IMG/VR virus record: IMGVR_UViG_3300042558_001076
Strand: one strand, 5' to 3'
DNA: 64,000 nt
From: an uncultured virus (IMG/VR IMGVR_UViG_3300042558_001076)
Lineage: Duplodnaviria > Heunggongvirae > Uroviricota > Caudoviricetes
In this document: in pieces, positions 30,631-37,621 of the stretch
How positions within the stretch are numbered: the stretch's first letter is position 1
Layout of the letters: each line of letters opens with the position of its first letter
Notes under the pieces: model-generated
Told to the model about the DNA's origin: nothing
What the model saw: the letters and a program-made list of their open reading frames with translations, nothing else
Database searches by the model: none
Made by a program: the position numbers and the translations under genes

Positions 30631-30689
30631 GGTCTGGGTTAGTGGTCCAACAAGCTCCCACACTTAAGCGAGAGCCGTGGACCGATTAG

Positions 30690-30932
30690 TTAAAATGGTA
30701 AGTCATCGCTTACAGCAGGCTTAGCCGATGTAGTAGATGCTTCTCTTGGTTCGCTAATTTGGATTGATAAGAATGTAGAGCCAGACTTGGATTGTTTTTT
30801 CCAACCTGCCATTTGCATTTTCTTTCCATTGATAAGAACATTACCATTGTAGTCAGGTTGTTTGTCTGACGTTTTCTTTTCGTTGATGAATAAAGACCCT
30901 TGTCCTTCTCTCATCTCATACGTTGTACTCAT
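30690..30932 (-). CDS. small single-stranded DNA-binding protein
   Basis: GSLF.NE.K....PDY.G motif and acidic DDLPF C-terminal tail; start at ATG 30932. Confidence 0.7.
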   Translation of the reverse strand: MSTTYEMREGQGSLFINEKKTSDKQPDYNGNVLINGKKMQMAGWKKQSKSGSTFLSIQISEPREASTTSAKPAVSDDLPF

Positions 30933-30970
30933 ATTATATACTCGGTTAACCCATACTCCGAAAGGTTTTA

Positions 30971-31041
30971 GTGCCAAGACAGGGATCGAACCTGCGTCTC
31001 CCACCTACAATGGTGGAGTGTTACCATTACACTACTTGGCT
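30971..31041 (-). tRNA. atypical tRNA (Gln-like, TTG in a 6-nt loop)
   Basis: GCCAAG/CTTGGC acceptor, GTGT-AATGGTA-ACAC D arm, CCACC-ATTGTA-GGTGG arm, GCAGG-TTCGATC-CCTGT T arm. Confidence 0.6.
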
Positions 31042-31042
31042 G

Positions 31043-31138
31043 AAGTGGCGAACAATTTGCGGTTGTTCATTTCTACTTCTGAATGTGCTGATTAAGTTAA
31101 CATCACAGCAGGAATTTCATTTTCGTCTATTACCACTT
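31043..31138 (-). ncRNA. candidate structured RNA between tRNA-like genes
   Basis: AAGTGGT/GCCACTT terminal stem stacked on a GAACAA-N7-TTGTTC arm; internal TGCTG/CAGCA stem. Confidence 0.45.
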
Positions 31139-31140
31139 TG

Positions 31141-31252
31141 TAGTCAGGACAGGATTCGAACCTGTATGGTCTCAAGAGTTGACATTGCTTGGTGCACCAA
31201 GGAGACCTTCGGCATTTGCTCTAGTAGCGTCTACCAATTCCGCCACCTGACT
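31141..31252 (-). ncRNA. tRNA-like RNA with ~60-nt insert replacing the anticodon arm
   Basis: AGTCAGG/CCTGACT acceptor, Leu-type GGCGGAATTGGTAGACGC D arm, ACAGG-TTCGAAT-CCTGT T arm. Confidence 0.7.
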
Positions 31253-31257
31253 ATTTT

Positions 31258-31359
31258 TTATAATGTTCCTTTTATAATTAAACTTAATGTGAATATTCCT
31301 ATTATTCCACCAATAAAGAAACCTAATATAAATCCATTCCAATATTTTTCGTTTTTCAT
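31258..31359 (-). CDS. 33-aa single-TM membrane protein (not in ORF track)
   Basis: MKNEKYWNGFILGFFIGGIIGIFTLSLIIKGTL*; A-rich leader. Confidence 0.6.
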   Translation of the reverse strand: MKNEKYWNGFILGFFIGGIIGIFTLSLIIKGTL

Positions 31360-31373
31360 AATTTTTATTTTAG

Positions 31374-31453
31374 TAGTCAGGACAGGACTCGAACCTATAA
31401 ATTTTAATGGATTTACTGCCCATTAATGCGGCTACCAATCCCGCCACCTGACT
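31374..31453 (-). ncRNA. tRNA-like RNA with extended anticodon stem (GTA in loop)
   Basis: same acceptor stem; GCGG/CCGC D stem; TTAATGG/CCATTAA stem; TTCGAGT T loop. Confidence 0.7.
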
Positions 31454-31493
31454 ATTTGCAACTTTTATCTATACACCTTTGAGTTGCCAACAA

Positions 31494-31570
31494 AGCCTAC
31501 CAACGATTAGGAGCGAGCAGTTCTTATGGTATGCCACGCCTGTGCTTCGAGTTCCCTTGTACTTCGGGCT
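31494..31570 (-). ncRNA. candidate structured RNA (possible pseudoknot)
   Basis: GC-rich intergenic segment; AGCC/GGCT closing stem; loop TACCA complementary to downstream TGGTA. Confidence 0.4.
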
Positions 31571-31571
31571 G

Positions 31572-32369
31572 TTATTCTTCAATTTGTTTTGATGCCCATG
31601 CAGGTAATCCGATTGATTGGATATCCCAACCTTTATCCCATAAGCCTTCTTTTTTTACGTGGTGATAAATTGTTAATGCAACATCCAATAACTTCTGACC
31701 ATACAAGTGGTAATCCTTATCAGCTTTTATAAAATAGCTTCTATAAGGTGCTACCGTTTGGATAATCAAGTAAGTAGTATTAGGATAGTAATCTAACCCA
31801 AACTCTTTCTTAGCAAGTACGCTATAGATAGCAGCCTGCATAGGATACTTAAGGTTAAAGAAAGAAGCAATCAACTTATCAGCAGATGACTCGCTTGTAG
31901 TTTTAACCTCTATAACACCTTCGTTATAGCAATCTATGATACCCTTGAAAGGCACGTTAGCTATGGGTTGATTAATAACAAACTCAGTCTTGCCAGCGTT
32001 AATGATATCCATAACGTGGTCAGGGATATACTTAATACAACGCTCAGCTTTATCTACTTCTTTATCCTTAACAATAATCTTTCCTTTGTTCTCTTGAAAG
32101 AAATGTTCTTTCTTTTCTAACTCAGGTTTAGTTCTACCAAAGTCAGGTTGAATAACAAACTTAGTACCGAACTCATGTGGCTCTAACACTAATGTATGGA
32201 TAAGAGTACCTAATCTCATAGCCTCGGTAGGCTCATCAGGTTCGTACATTAGTTTGTTTGTTATCTCCCATTGGAATTTAGCAGGGGAGTCTAATAAGTT
32301 TTTAGCGGTCGAGAAGGAAAGGCGGAACTCAGGTGAGTTCAACCAGTCCATAAATAATTGATTTGCCAT
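31572..32369 (-). CDS. RecE/exonuclease VIII-like PD-(D/E)XK nuclease
   Basis: LSFS..K.LLDSP, AMRLGTLIHTLVLEP, KGIID...IEVKTT and YPMQAAIY motifs. Confidence 0.85.
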   Translation of the reverse strand: MANQLFMDWLNSPEFRLSFSTAKNLLDSPAKFQWEITNKLMYEPDEPTEAMRLGTLIHTLVLEPHEFGTKFVIQPDFGRTKPELEKKEHFFQENKGKIIVKDKEVDKAERCIKYIPDHVMDIINAGKTEFVINQPIANVPFKGIIDCYNEGVIEVKTTSESSADKLIASFFNLKYPMQAAIYSVLAKKEFGLDYYPNTTYLIIQTVAPYRSYFIKADKDYHLYGQKLLDVALTIYHHVKKEGLWDKGWDIQSIGLPAWASKQIEE

Positions 32370-32791
32370 TAGAATGAAAGGTCTTTTTTAGGGTTAAAAC
32401 TTGCTTGACGTGGTGCAGATGTTTGTTCGCCAGATGCGTCAGTATCTTTATCGGTAACTAACCCAAGTGCTGATGACAATGCATATCTACGAATGTAGGT
32501 AATAGCAGAGCCTAATACTTGGAAGTCATTCATACCTTTAAGCTGAACGCCTTGAGGAATAGTTGCAGTTGAACTAATAGCTTCACCACTCTCGCAATGG
32601 AAGATAGTAGTTTGCAATCCGATGTCTGTCATCATCTGCGTAAACCCTAACCCATGCTTTTTCATTAATGGGTTGATGATTGAGAAAATTGCAGGTAGGT
32701 CAGCGTAGCTGTAACCATAACCTTGAGTCGCCTTGTGAATCACAGGGACTTCTTGTTGGAATGCCGCAAGGGCCTTGTACAGATTTGTCAT
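32369..32791 (-). CDS. erf: ERF-family ssDNA-annealing recombinase
   Basis: YSYADL and GSAITYIRRYALSSALGL...DTDA ERF signature. Confidence 0.9.
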   Translation of the reverse strand: MTNLYKALAAFQQEVPVIHKATQGYGYSYADLPAIFSIINPLMKKHGLGFTQMMTDIGLQTTIFHCESGEAISSTATIPQGVQLKGMNDFQVLGSAITYIRRYALSSALGLVTDKDTDASGEQTSAPRQASFNPKKDLSF

Positions 32792-32821
32792 TGTGTTGTT
32801 GTTTTAGTTGTTATAAATTGA

Positions 32822-32878
32822 GAGGTAGAATAGCTTCGCTCTATTGGGTTGTGAGCCCACACTCGTAGTGACTACCTC
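32822..32878 (-). ncRNA. 57-nt mini-cloverleaf mimicking the initiator tRNA anticodon arm
   Basis: GAGGTAG/CTACCTC, CACT/AGTG, TGGG-CTCACAA-CCCA and ATAG/CTAT arms. Confidence 0.6.
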
Positions 32879-32891
32879 GCCTTTACCAAAG

Positions 32892-32923
32892 CAAAGGTAG
32901 TATTTTAAATTAACATTTCCAAA
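32892..32923 (-). promoter_or_regulatory. Bacteroidetes housekeeping promoter (-33 TTTG, N20, -7 TACCTTTG)
   Basis: matches the consensus TTTG-N19-21-TAnnTTTG. Confidence 0.8.
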
Positions 32924-32935
32924 TTTATTTGTGAA

Positions 32936-33790
32936 TTATTTTAAAGATTTTTTTAAGTGGGCTATAGTTTCTTTTACAAACTTGTTGCCACTTGACGTAG
33001 ATACTTTGTGTTTACTACACATATCATCAAACGTCTGTTCTATCAGGTTATACTTAGATAGTAATAAGTCTTTTGCCTTTTCATTAAGGGTATTGATATG
33101 CTCAAATGTAATAGCGTATTCTGTTACGCTATACATCTCATAAGAGTATATACCACCATCGGATACAAAGTCTATCTCGTCGTGGTTATTTGTTGATACG
33201 ATTGCAGTTGTCGCAGATAGTGCACCGAGTGCTGCTGCCATTTCCATAGTTACGTTTTGTTTTAATACAACATCTAAAGGTATCATTCTTTCGTCCAACT
33301 CCATTACAGCTACTGCTGTGTCCATCATCTTCTTAAGTTTTTGTGATGCTCTTAACGGTGAGTAGGTAATCTTTACTATACATTTATTCTTTTCTATAAA
33401 GTCTATTATGTATTTCCTGCTATAGAAGAAGCAATAAGATGATAGCTTAGCCTTTCCAAACTCTGAATACTTCTCATTGTTATACTTGTCTATCCCTAAC
33501 ATGAAACCCATAACGGCTTCTTGTAATAAGTCACTTACTAAAAACCCAGGTTGCCAATACTTAATAGCAACATATAGCATTAGCTTCATGTAACCCTCAA
33601 CAATCTTATCTCTATACTTTAACTCACCTGTTGACTTATAAAGTTTGAATAGCTCCATAGCTTCTTCATTCTTCATTTGGGCTGCCTTTCTTTTAAAGAT
33701 AGGGTCATTAAGTAGTATTGACAACGAGTAATCATTGTCAAAGTCTACGTTAGTAGGGTTTACAGATATTGATTTGAAGCTATTGCCCAC
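32936..33790 (-). CDS. sigma-70-family RNA polymerase sigma factor
   Basis: RDKIVEGYMKLMLYVAIKY..SDLLQEAVMGFMLGIDKY..LSSYCFFYSRKYI aligns to sigma region 2; C-terminal region-4-like HTH. Confidence 0.8.
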   Translation of the reverse strand: MGNSFKSISVNPTNVDFDNDYSLSILLNDPIFKRKAAQMKNEEAMELFKLYKSTGELKYRDKIVEGYMKLMLYVAIKYWQPGFLVSDLLQEAVMGFMLGIDKYNNEKYSEFGKAKLSSYCFFYSRKYIIDFIEKNKCIVKITYSPLRASQKLKKMMDTAVAVMELDERMIPLDVVLKQNVTMEMAAALGALSATTAIVSTNNHDEIDFVSDGGIYSYEMYSVTEYAITFEHINTLNEKAKDLLLSKYNLIEQTFDDMCSKHKVSTSSGNKFVKETIAHLKKSLK

Positions 33791-34154
33791 GATATATTGT
33801 TTTAATTGGTCCTGCTAGGTAATCTTCCCATATAGCACACATATATTCGTATGGTATATTAGTAGATATAGTTTCCCAAGGACCACTATCTAATACTATT
33901 GAAGCTTTACCATGGGTGATTTCAGATTCTAATGAGCCAGTTGGTTTGATAGCTATGATAGATTCCATTTTGATTGCCATATCCATCCAGCATTTACTAT
34001 CTAACCCTTCTATACCTTCTAGCCCTAAGTCAGGGGTAGACTCATCATTACATTCTACTTCAAAGTATAGAATGCCACCCAAAACAATTCTATAATTGTC
34101 AGGGTTCATACTAAAGCGTACGTACTCTTTCTTTCTTTGAGGTCTACTGCCCAT
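33780..34154 (-). CDS. hypothetical protein
   Basis: start ATG 34154 downstream of TATCTTTG at 34172-34179. Confidence 0.55.
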   Translation of the reverse strand: MGSRPQRKKEYVRFSMNPDNYRIVLGGILYFEVECNDESTPDLGLEGIEGLDSKCWMDMAIKMESIIAIKPTGSLESEITHGKASIVLDSGPWETISTNIPYEYMCAIWEDYLAGPIKTIYRGQ

Positions 34155-34208
34155 AGTTTTAAAGTTTATAACAAAGATATGCACATTGTTTAACCATTAG
34201 GTTAATAC

Positions 34209-34217
34209 TTATCCACA
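34209..34217. promoter_or_regulatory. perfect DnaA box TTATCCACA
   Basis: exact consensus ~30 bp upstream of a TAnnTTTG element. Confidence 0.45.
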
Positions 34218-34284
34218 ACCTTCTTCAAACTTAACGTCACTAATTACTTGGATTTCGACAATGATTGTATTTTTCATGTCAATA

Positions 34285-34296
34285 TTATAATACGTT
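34285..34296 (-). promoter_or_regulatory. late promoter motif variant AACGTATTATAA
   Basis: 11/12 match upstream of the operon containing the sigma gene. Confidence 0.55.
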
Positions 34297-34298
34297 AA

Positions 34299-34535
34299 TT
34301 ATCTGATAGTTAATAGGGACGAAAGGTTTGGCTCATCACCAAACTCTTTCTTCCATAAGTTTTTAATTTCTTGGTATCTTGTATTTGTGTGAATATCTTT
34401 TAGTAATTCTAATAATTTATCATTCATTTGTGCTTCTCTTATTATCTTTCCTGACTCATCAACAATGACTATCTTGTTAATTACAATCTTGTTGTCTATT
34501 ATTTCTGCGTCGTGTATCTTAACGTATAGTTCCAT
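34299..34535 (-). CDS. hypothetical protein
   Basis: intact ORF with AACTATG start. Confidence 0.55.
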   Translation of the reverse strand: MELYVKIHDAEIIDNKIVINKIVIVDESGKIIREAQMNDKLLELLKDIHTNTRYQEIKNLWKKEFGDEPNLSSLLTIR

Positions 34536-34537
34536 AG

Positions 34538-34729
34538 TTAAAATTTAGTGTCCCATATTTGAAAAATTCTAAATAAAGCAAATGCAAAACCTCCAAATCC
34601 TGATATAAAATAAAATCCAATAGGTTCGATACCTGTATGTTTGTAGTACCAATGTCCAAATATAGGTACAATAAGTGATGCTATTATTGAGAATAATAAA
34701 ACTAAAAATGTTTGTGTTATTTTTTTCAT
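34538..34729 (-). CDS. small two-TM membrane protein
   Basis: two hydrophobic segments. Confidence 0.55.
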   Translation of the reverse strand: MKKITQTFLVLLFSIIASLIVPIFGHWYYKHTGIEPIGFYFISGFGGFAFALFRIFQIWDTKF

Positions 34730-34731
34730 AA

Positions 34732-34941
34732 TTAGAATTTACTTTCGTTATCAAACCATCTTGGTACAATCTTATCGTACCATCTACCCTTTCTTACTAC
34801 ATTAGACTCATCTTCTTTGCCTTCGTAGTGTTCTTTGGCTATCTTACAGATGTTATCTGTTATTCTATGGGTTACCTCAGGGTTAGATATATTAGCCATT
34901 TTGAGTAGGTGTTCTACTTCCCAGTATATTAGTTGTCTCAT
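34732..34941 (-). CDS. hypothetical protein
   Basis: tightly packed ORF. Confidence 0.55.
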   Translation of the reverse strand: MRQLIYWEVEHLLKMANISNPEVTHRITDNICKIAKEHYEGKEDESNVVRKGRWYDKIVPRWFDNESKF

Positions 34942-34942
34942 A

Positions 34943-35194
34943 TTAATTAGGGTTTACGTTAGGTCCTTCAACCTCTCCTTTAATAATGTCTTGTATCATC
35001 TCTCCTATATCTATAGCCCCATCTTGAAACCCTGCTTTGTAGCATAGTTCAATAAGACTATTTATAGTATCATGCTTTATAAGTTCATAGATATCAGTAG
35101 GTACTCTCTCATATAGCTCCTCTTTGAAGTCAGATAATTTCTGAAGCATAATGTTTTCTGCATCAATCTCAAATACTTTTCTTTTCTTTGCCAT
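34943..35194 (-). CDS. hypothetical protein
   Basis: tightly packed ORF. Confidence 0.55.
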   Translation of the reverse strand: MAKKRKVFEIDAENIMLQKLSDFKEELYERVPTDIYELIKHDTINSLIELCYKAGFQDGAIDIGEMIQDIIKGEVEGPNVNPN

Positions 35195-35204
35195 TTGTTT
35201 AGTT

Positions 35205-35528
35205 TTAAAGTTTATTAATATTCATTCTTGTTTCTACTTCTAATTGTTTTCTGTTGTCATAGTTCTTACCCCTATATTTAGGGTTAGTTTCTTTTAACTT
35301 ACGAGCAGCCCTTGTTATACTATCAGACGATGCTAACAACCCATTGCTATACATAGTTAAGAAGTTCTCAAAGGTTACATCACCTTGTGTTGTAGCCCTT
35401 ACTTGTTTGTGCCATACAACAGCAGATAGATAGTTATCACTCTCTCTTGCTTGAGGATAATCATTTAGGATATCTTGTACGAAATCCTTTACTGCTTTGA
35501 TTTTAGTTATTGGGTTAGCCATTTTCAT
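35205..35528 (-). CDS. hypothetical phage protein
   Basis: coupled ORF with ILNDYPQARESD..SITRAARKL motif. Confidence 0.6.
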   Translation of the reverse strand: MKMANPITKIKAVKDFVQDILNDYPQARESDNYLSAVVWHKQVRATTQGDVTFENFLTMYSNGLLASSDSITRAARKLKETNPKYRGKNYDNRKQLEVETRMNINKL

Positions 35529-35760
35529 ATTTGTTTAATGCTATCTCTAAGTTAGCCTCGTTAACAATCTTATTATAAAACCCTGACCAGAATGAGTAAC
35601 CCATAATAGAATCTGACCAATCAAAGATGCCTAAGAAGTGTTCAAATTCATCGTAATCAGAAGTAAGATACGATATAGGGTTATCTAATTCAGCTACCTC
35701 TCGTAGCCAATGTTGTTGCATATTGCTTGATAATTGACTTAAGTAATTTATCCCTGTCAT
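35515..35760 (-). CDS. hypothetical protein
   Basis: preceded by the repeated 19-bp leader. Confidence 0.6.
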   Translation of the reverse strand: MTGINYLSQLSSNMQQHWLREVAELDNPISYLTSDYDEFEHFLGIFDWSDSIMGYSFWSGFYNKIVNEANLEIALNKYENG

Positions 35761-35763
35761 AGT

Positions 35764-35916
35764 TTATTTGTTTTTAAAACATTCATCAATAAATGAGTTA
35801 AGAATTTCATTGTCAATTTCATCTTGTTCTTTATCAGTATAAAGCCACCAAAAAATACACAACATCAAAGGTAAAGTTAGAAGCATTACAGCTGCAAAAA
35901 TTATTATTTCTGTCAT
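35764..35916 (-). CDS. 50-aa single-TM protein (not in ORF track)
   Basis: MTEIIIFAAVMLLTLPLMLCIFWWLY...KNK*. Confidence 0.55.
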   Translation of the reverse strand: MTEIIIFAAVMLLTLPLMLCIFWWLYTDKEQDEIDNEILNSFIDECFKNK

Positions 35917-35925
35917 AGTTAAAAG

Positions 35926-36120
35926 TTAATGAGAAATATATATTGCTTCTATTTGAAATGTACCCTCTTGACCATCAATAAATCTTTCTGCATCTTCAAT
36001 AGTATCAAATTCAGCATATAAATCGAATACATATACATCATCATCATCATCAAGTATATATCCAGAATAATCAATTAAATGTTTAGTTTTAAAATCTCTT
36101 ACTATAAATCTTTTTTCCAT
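35926..36120 (-). CDS. small acidic hypothetical protein
   Basis: preceded by the repeated 19-bp leader. Confidence 0.6.
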   Translation of the reverse strand: MEKRFIVRDFKTKHLIDYSGYILDDDDDVYVFDLYAEFDTIEDAERFIDGQEGTFQIEAIYISH

Positions 36121-36133
36121 AGTTTATTTGTTT

Positions 36134-36328
36134 TTAGTGGTTATTTGTTAATTCTTTAGATGCATTGTAACCTTTAACCCATTCTTCAATGTCTGCATCG
36201 GTAGGTATATCATCTTCACCTGTTGCAATAGCTGATCCAAAAGAGTCAGATATACCATATCCTTCTTTTTGCATTCTAAAACCAATTTCAAAGTTTGTTT
36301 CTGTTGTGTTTGTGTTTTTTGTTTTCAT
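36134..36328 (-). CDS. hypothetical protein
   Basis: preceded by the repeated 19-bp leader. Confidence 0.6.
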   Translation of the reverse strand: MKTKNTNTTETNFEIGFRMQKEGYGISDSFGSAIATGEDDIPTDADIEEWVKGYNASKELTNNH

Positions 36329-36359
36329 AGTTTATTTGTTTTTAGTTGTTAATAATTTG

Positions 36360-36439
36360 TAGTCAGGACAGGAATCGAACCTGCAAGTTTTAATGGATTT
36401 ACTGCCCATCAATGCGGCTACCAATCCCGCCACCTGACT
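36360..36439 (-). ncRNA. second copy of the extended-stem tRNA-like RNA
   Basis: near-identical to 31374-31453 with pairing-compatible changes; TAACTTTG promoter element at 36446-36453. Confidence 0.7.
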
Positions 36440-36489
36440 ATACAACAAAGTTAATTAATGTTGTATTATTTATTTACGGTAAAATTACC

Positions 36490-36858
36490 CTATTGTATAG
36501 TTACTATAGCGTCAATAGTTAATTTGTTATAGCTATTGTATATAACCTTGCCATCTAAGTACACCACTATAGTTTTATATTGAGGTTGTTCACCTGCATT
36601 TGTAAAGGTAACTATATGAAGCTCTGCCCCTTCTTCTACATTATCCAATTCAAATGTAGGGTTAGTATTGTATCCATATATACTATCAGGGAAGCATATA
36701 CAAGTTGTATGGTTTAGATACATAGCTACATTATTAGGGCTTACATATCTATATTCATTATCCATAGCAAATGTTACAACCCTAAGTCTATGGGTTGATG
36801 AAGCTTTACTACAACTGAATAAAGTAATTGACAATAAAATTAATAATAGTTTTTTCAT
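36490..36858 (-). CDS. lipoprotein
   Basis: MKKLLLILLSITLFSC lipobox-type signal. Confidence 0.7.
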   Translation of the reverse strand: MKKLLLILLSITLFSCSKASSTHRLRVVTFAMDNEYRYVSPNNVAMYLNHTTCICFPDSIYGYNTNPTFELDNVEEGAELHIVTFTNAGEQPQYKTIVVYLDGKVIYNSYNKLTIDAIVTIQ

Positions 36859-36889
36859 AATATTTATTTTATAGGGTTAAGACAATTAG

Positions 36890-37195
36890 GCCAGGGCTTA
36901 AAACTTTTAGTAGTTGTTGTGTTGTAAATAGGTAGTCGAGTATATGCAAATCACAATCCCTGGCATTCAAAAAGTTTTAAAAAGGTAGTCTATACTACAT
37001 TGTGGACAATATACTCTATTAAAACACCGAACATCTTAAGACTCGTGCTGAGAGTATACCATTCATTAGAGTCTATATAGTACGACAAGACTAAAAACAA
37101 AAATGGCTAATCGCTATAGGTGGAGGAGGACACCGTCAAGCAAAAAGCCATCAAAATTTTTATTCTTAAAGATTACCAAGTGCCTCCACAATTAA
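36890..37195 (-). ncRNA. candidate multi-domain structured ncRNA/leader
   Basis: no ORF; several nested and crossing complementary segments; follows a late motif. Confidence 0.4.
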
Positions 37196-37205
37196 TAATC
37201 TACTA

Positions 37206-37217
37206 ATATAATACGTT
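37206..37217 (-). promoter_or_regulatory. late promoter motif AACGTATTATAT
   Basis: exact reverse complement, pointing into non-coding DNA. Confidence 0.6.
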
Positions 37218-37324
37218 AAAGTTAAAAGCGTAGAGACAAATCTGTAGAAAAACTCTACGCCTTAATCAACTATGAACAATCTTTTACAAAGATACAGATT
37301 GTTTTATTATTATTCCTAATAAAG

Positions 37325-37333
37325 TTATCCACA
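37325..37333. promoter_or_regulatory. perfect DnaA box TTATCCACA
   Basis: exact consensus ~31 bp upstream of TATCTTTG at 37287-37294. Confidence 0.45.
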
Positions 37334-37621
37334 TTATTTTCCACCACGTGCTCGTTTATCACCAGGCATATTAGATTTACTTCCTCTGTTCTTAGAAGCT
37401 TTCTCCATTACTACCTTACCGCCTTTCTTGTGGGAAGCATCTAACCCATCACCATTACCATAAGTACCTTTCTTTCTATTGATTTGATTTAATGCTACTC
37501 TTTTAGATTTACGTGCTGGAGATTTATCATTCTTTACATCATAAGCTGCTTTCTTAGCCTTAGAAGTAGGGTTTTCTTTATAGTATTGGGCAGATGATTT
37601 ACCCTTAGCTTTATTTGGCAT
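37334..37621 (-). CDS. basic HNH-like protein
   Basis: GDGLDASHKKGG...NR degenerate HNH-type motif; late motif variant AACGTATTATGT at 37640-37651. Confidence 0.5.
   Translation of the reverse strand: MPNKAKGKSSAQYYKENPTSKAKKAAYDVKNDKSPARKSKRVALNQINRKKGTYGNGDGLDASHKKGGKVVMEKASKNRGSKSNMPGDKRARGGK

Noticed and set aside
30933..31004. N-terminal extension of the SSB ORF in the track
   Set aside because: Overlaps the tRNA-like gene; ATG 30932 has a proper A/T-rich leader
30971..31426. 151-aa plus-strand ORF
   Set aside because: Antisense shadow of the tRNA-like array; its sequence reads as reverse-translated T-arms
31141..36439. Prophage attachment sites at the tRNA-like repeats
   Set aside because: No integrase or host genes in the window; repeats are internal to phage operons
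37100..37190. HDV-like (theta) ribozyme
   Set aside because: Order of paired segments does not fit P1-P2-P3-P1.1-P4
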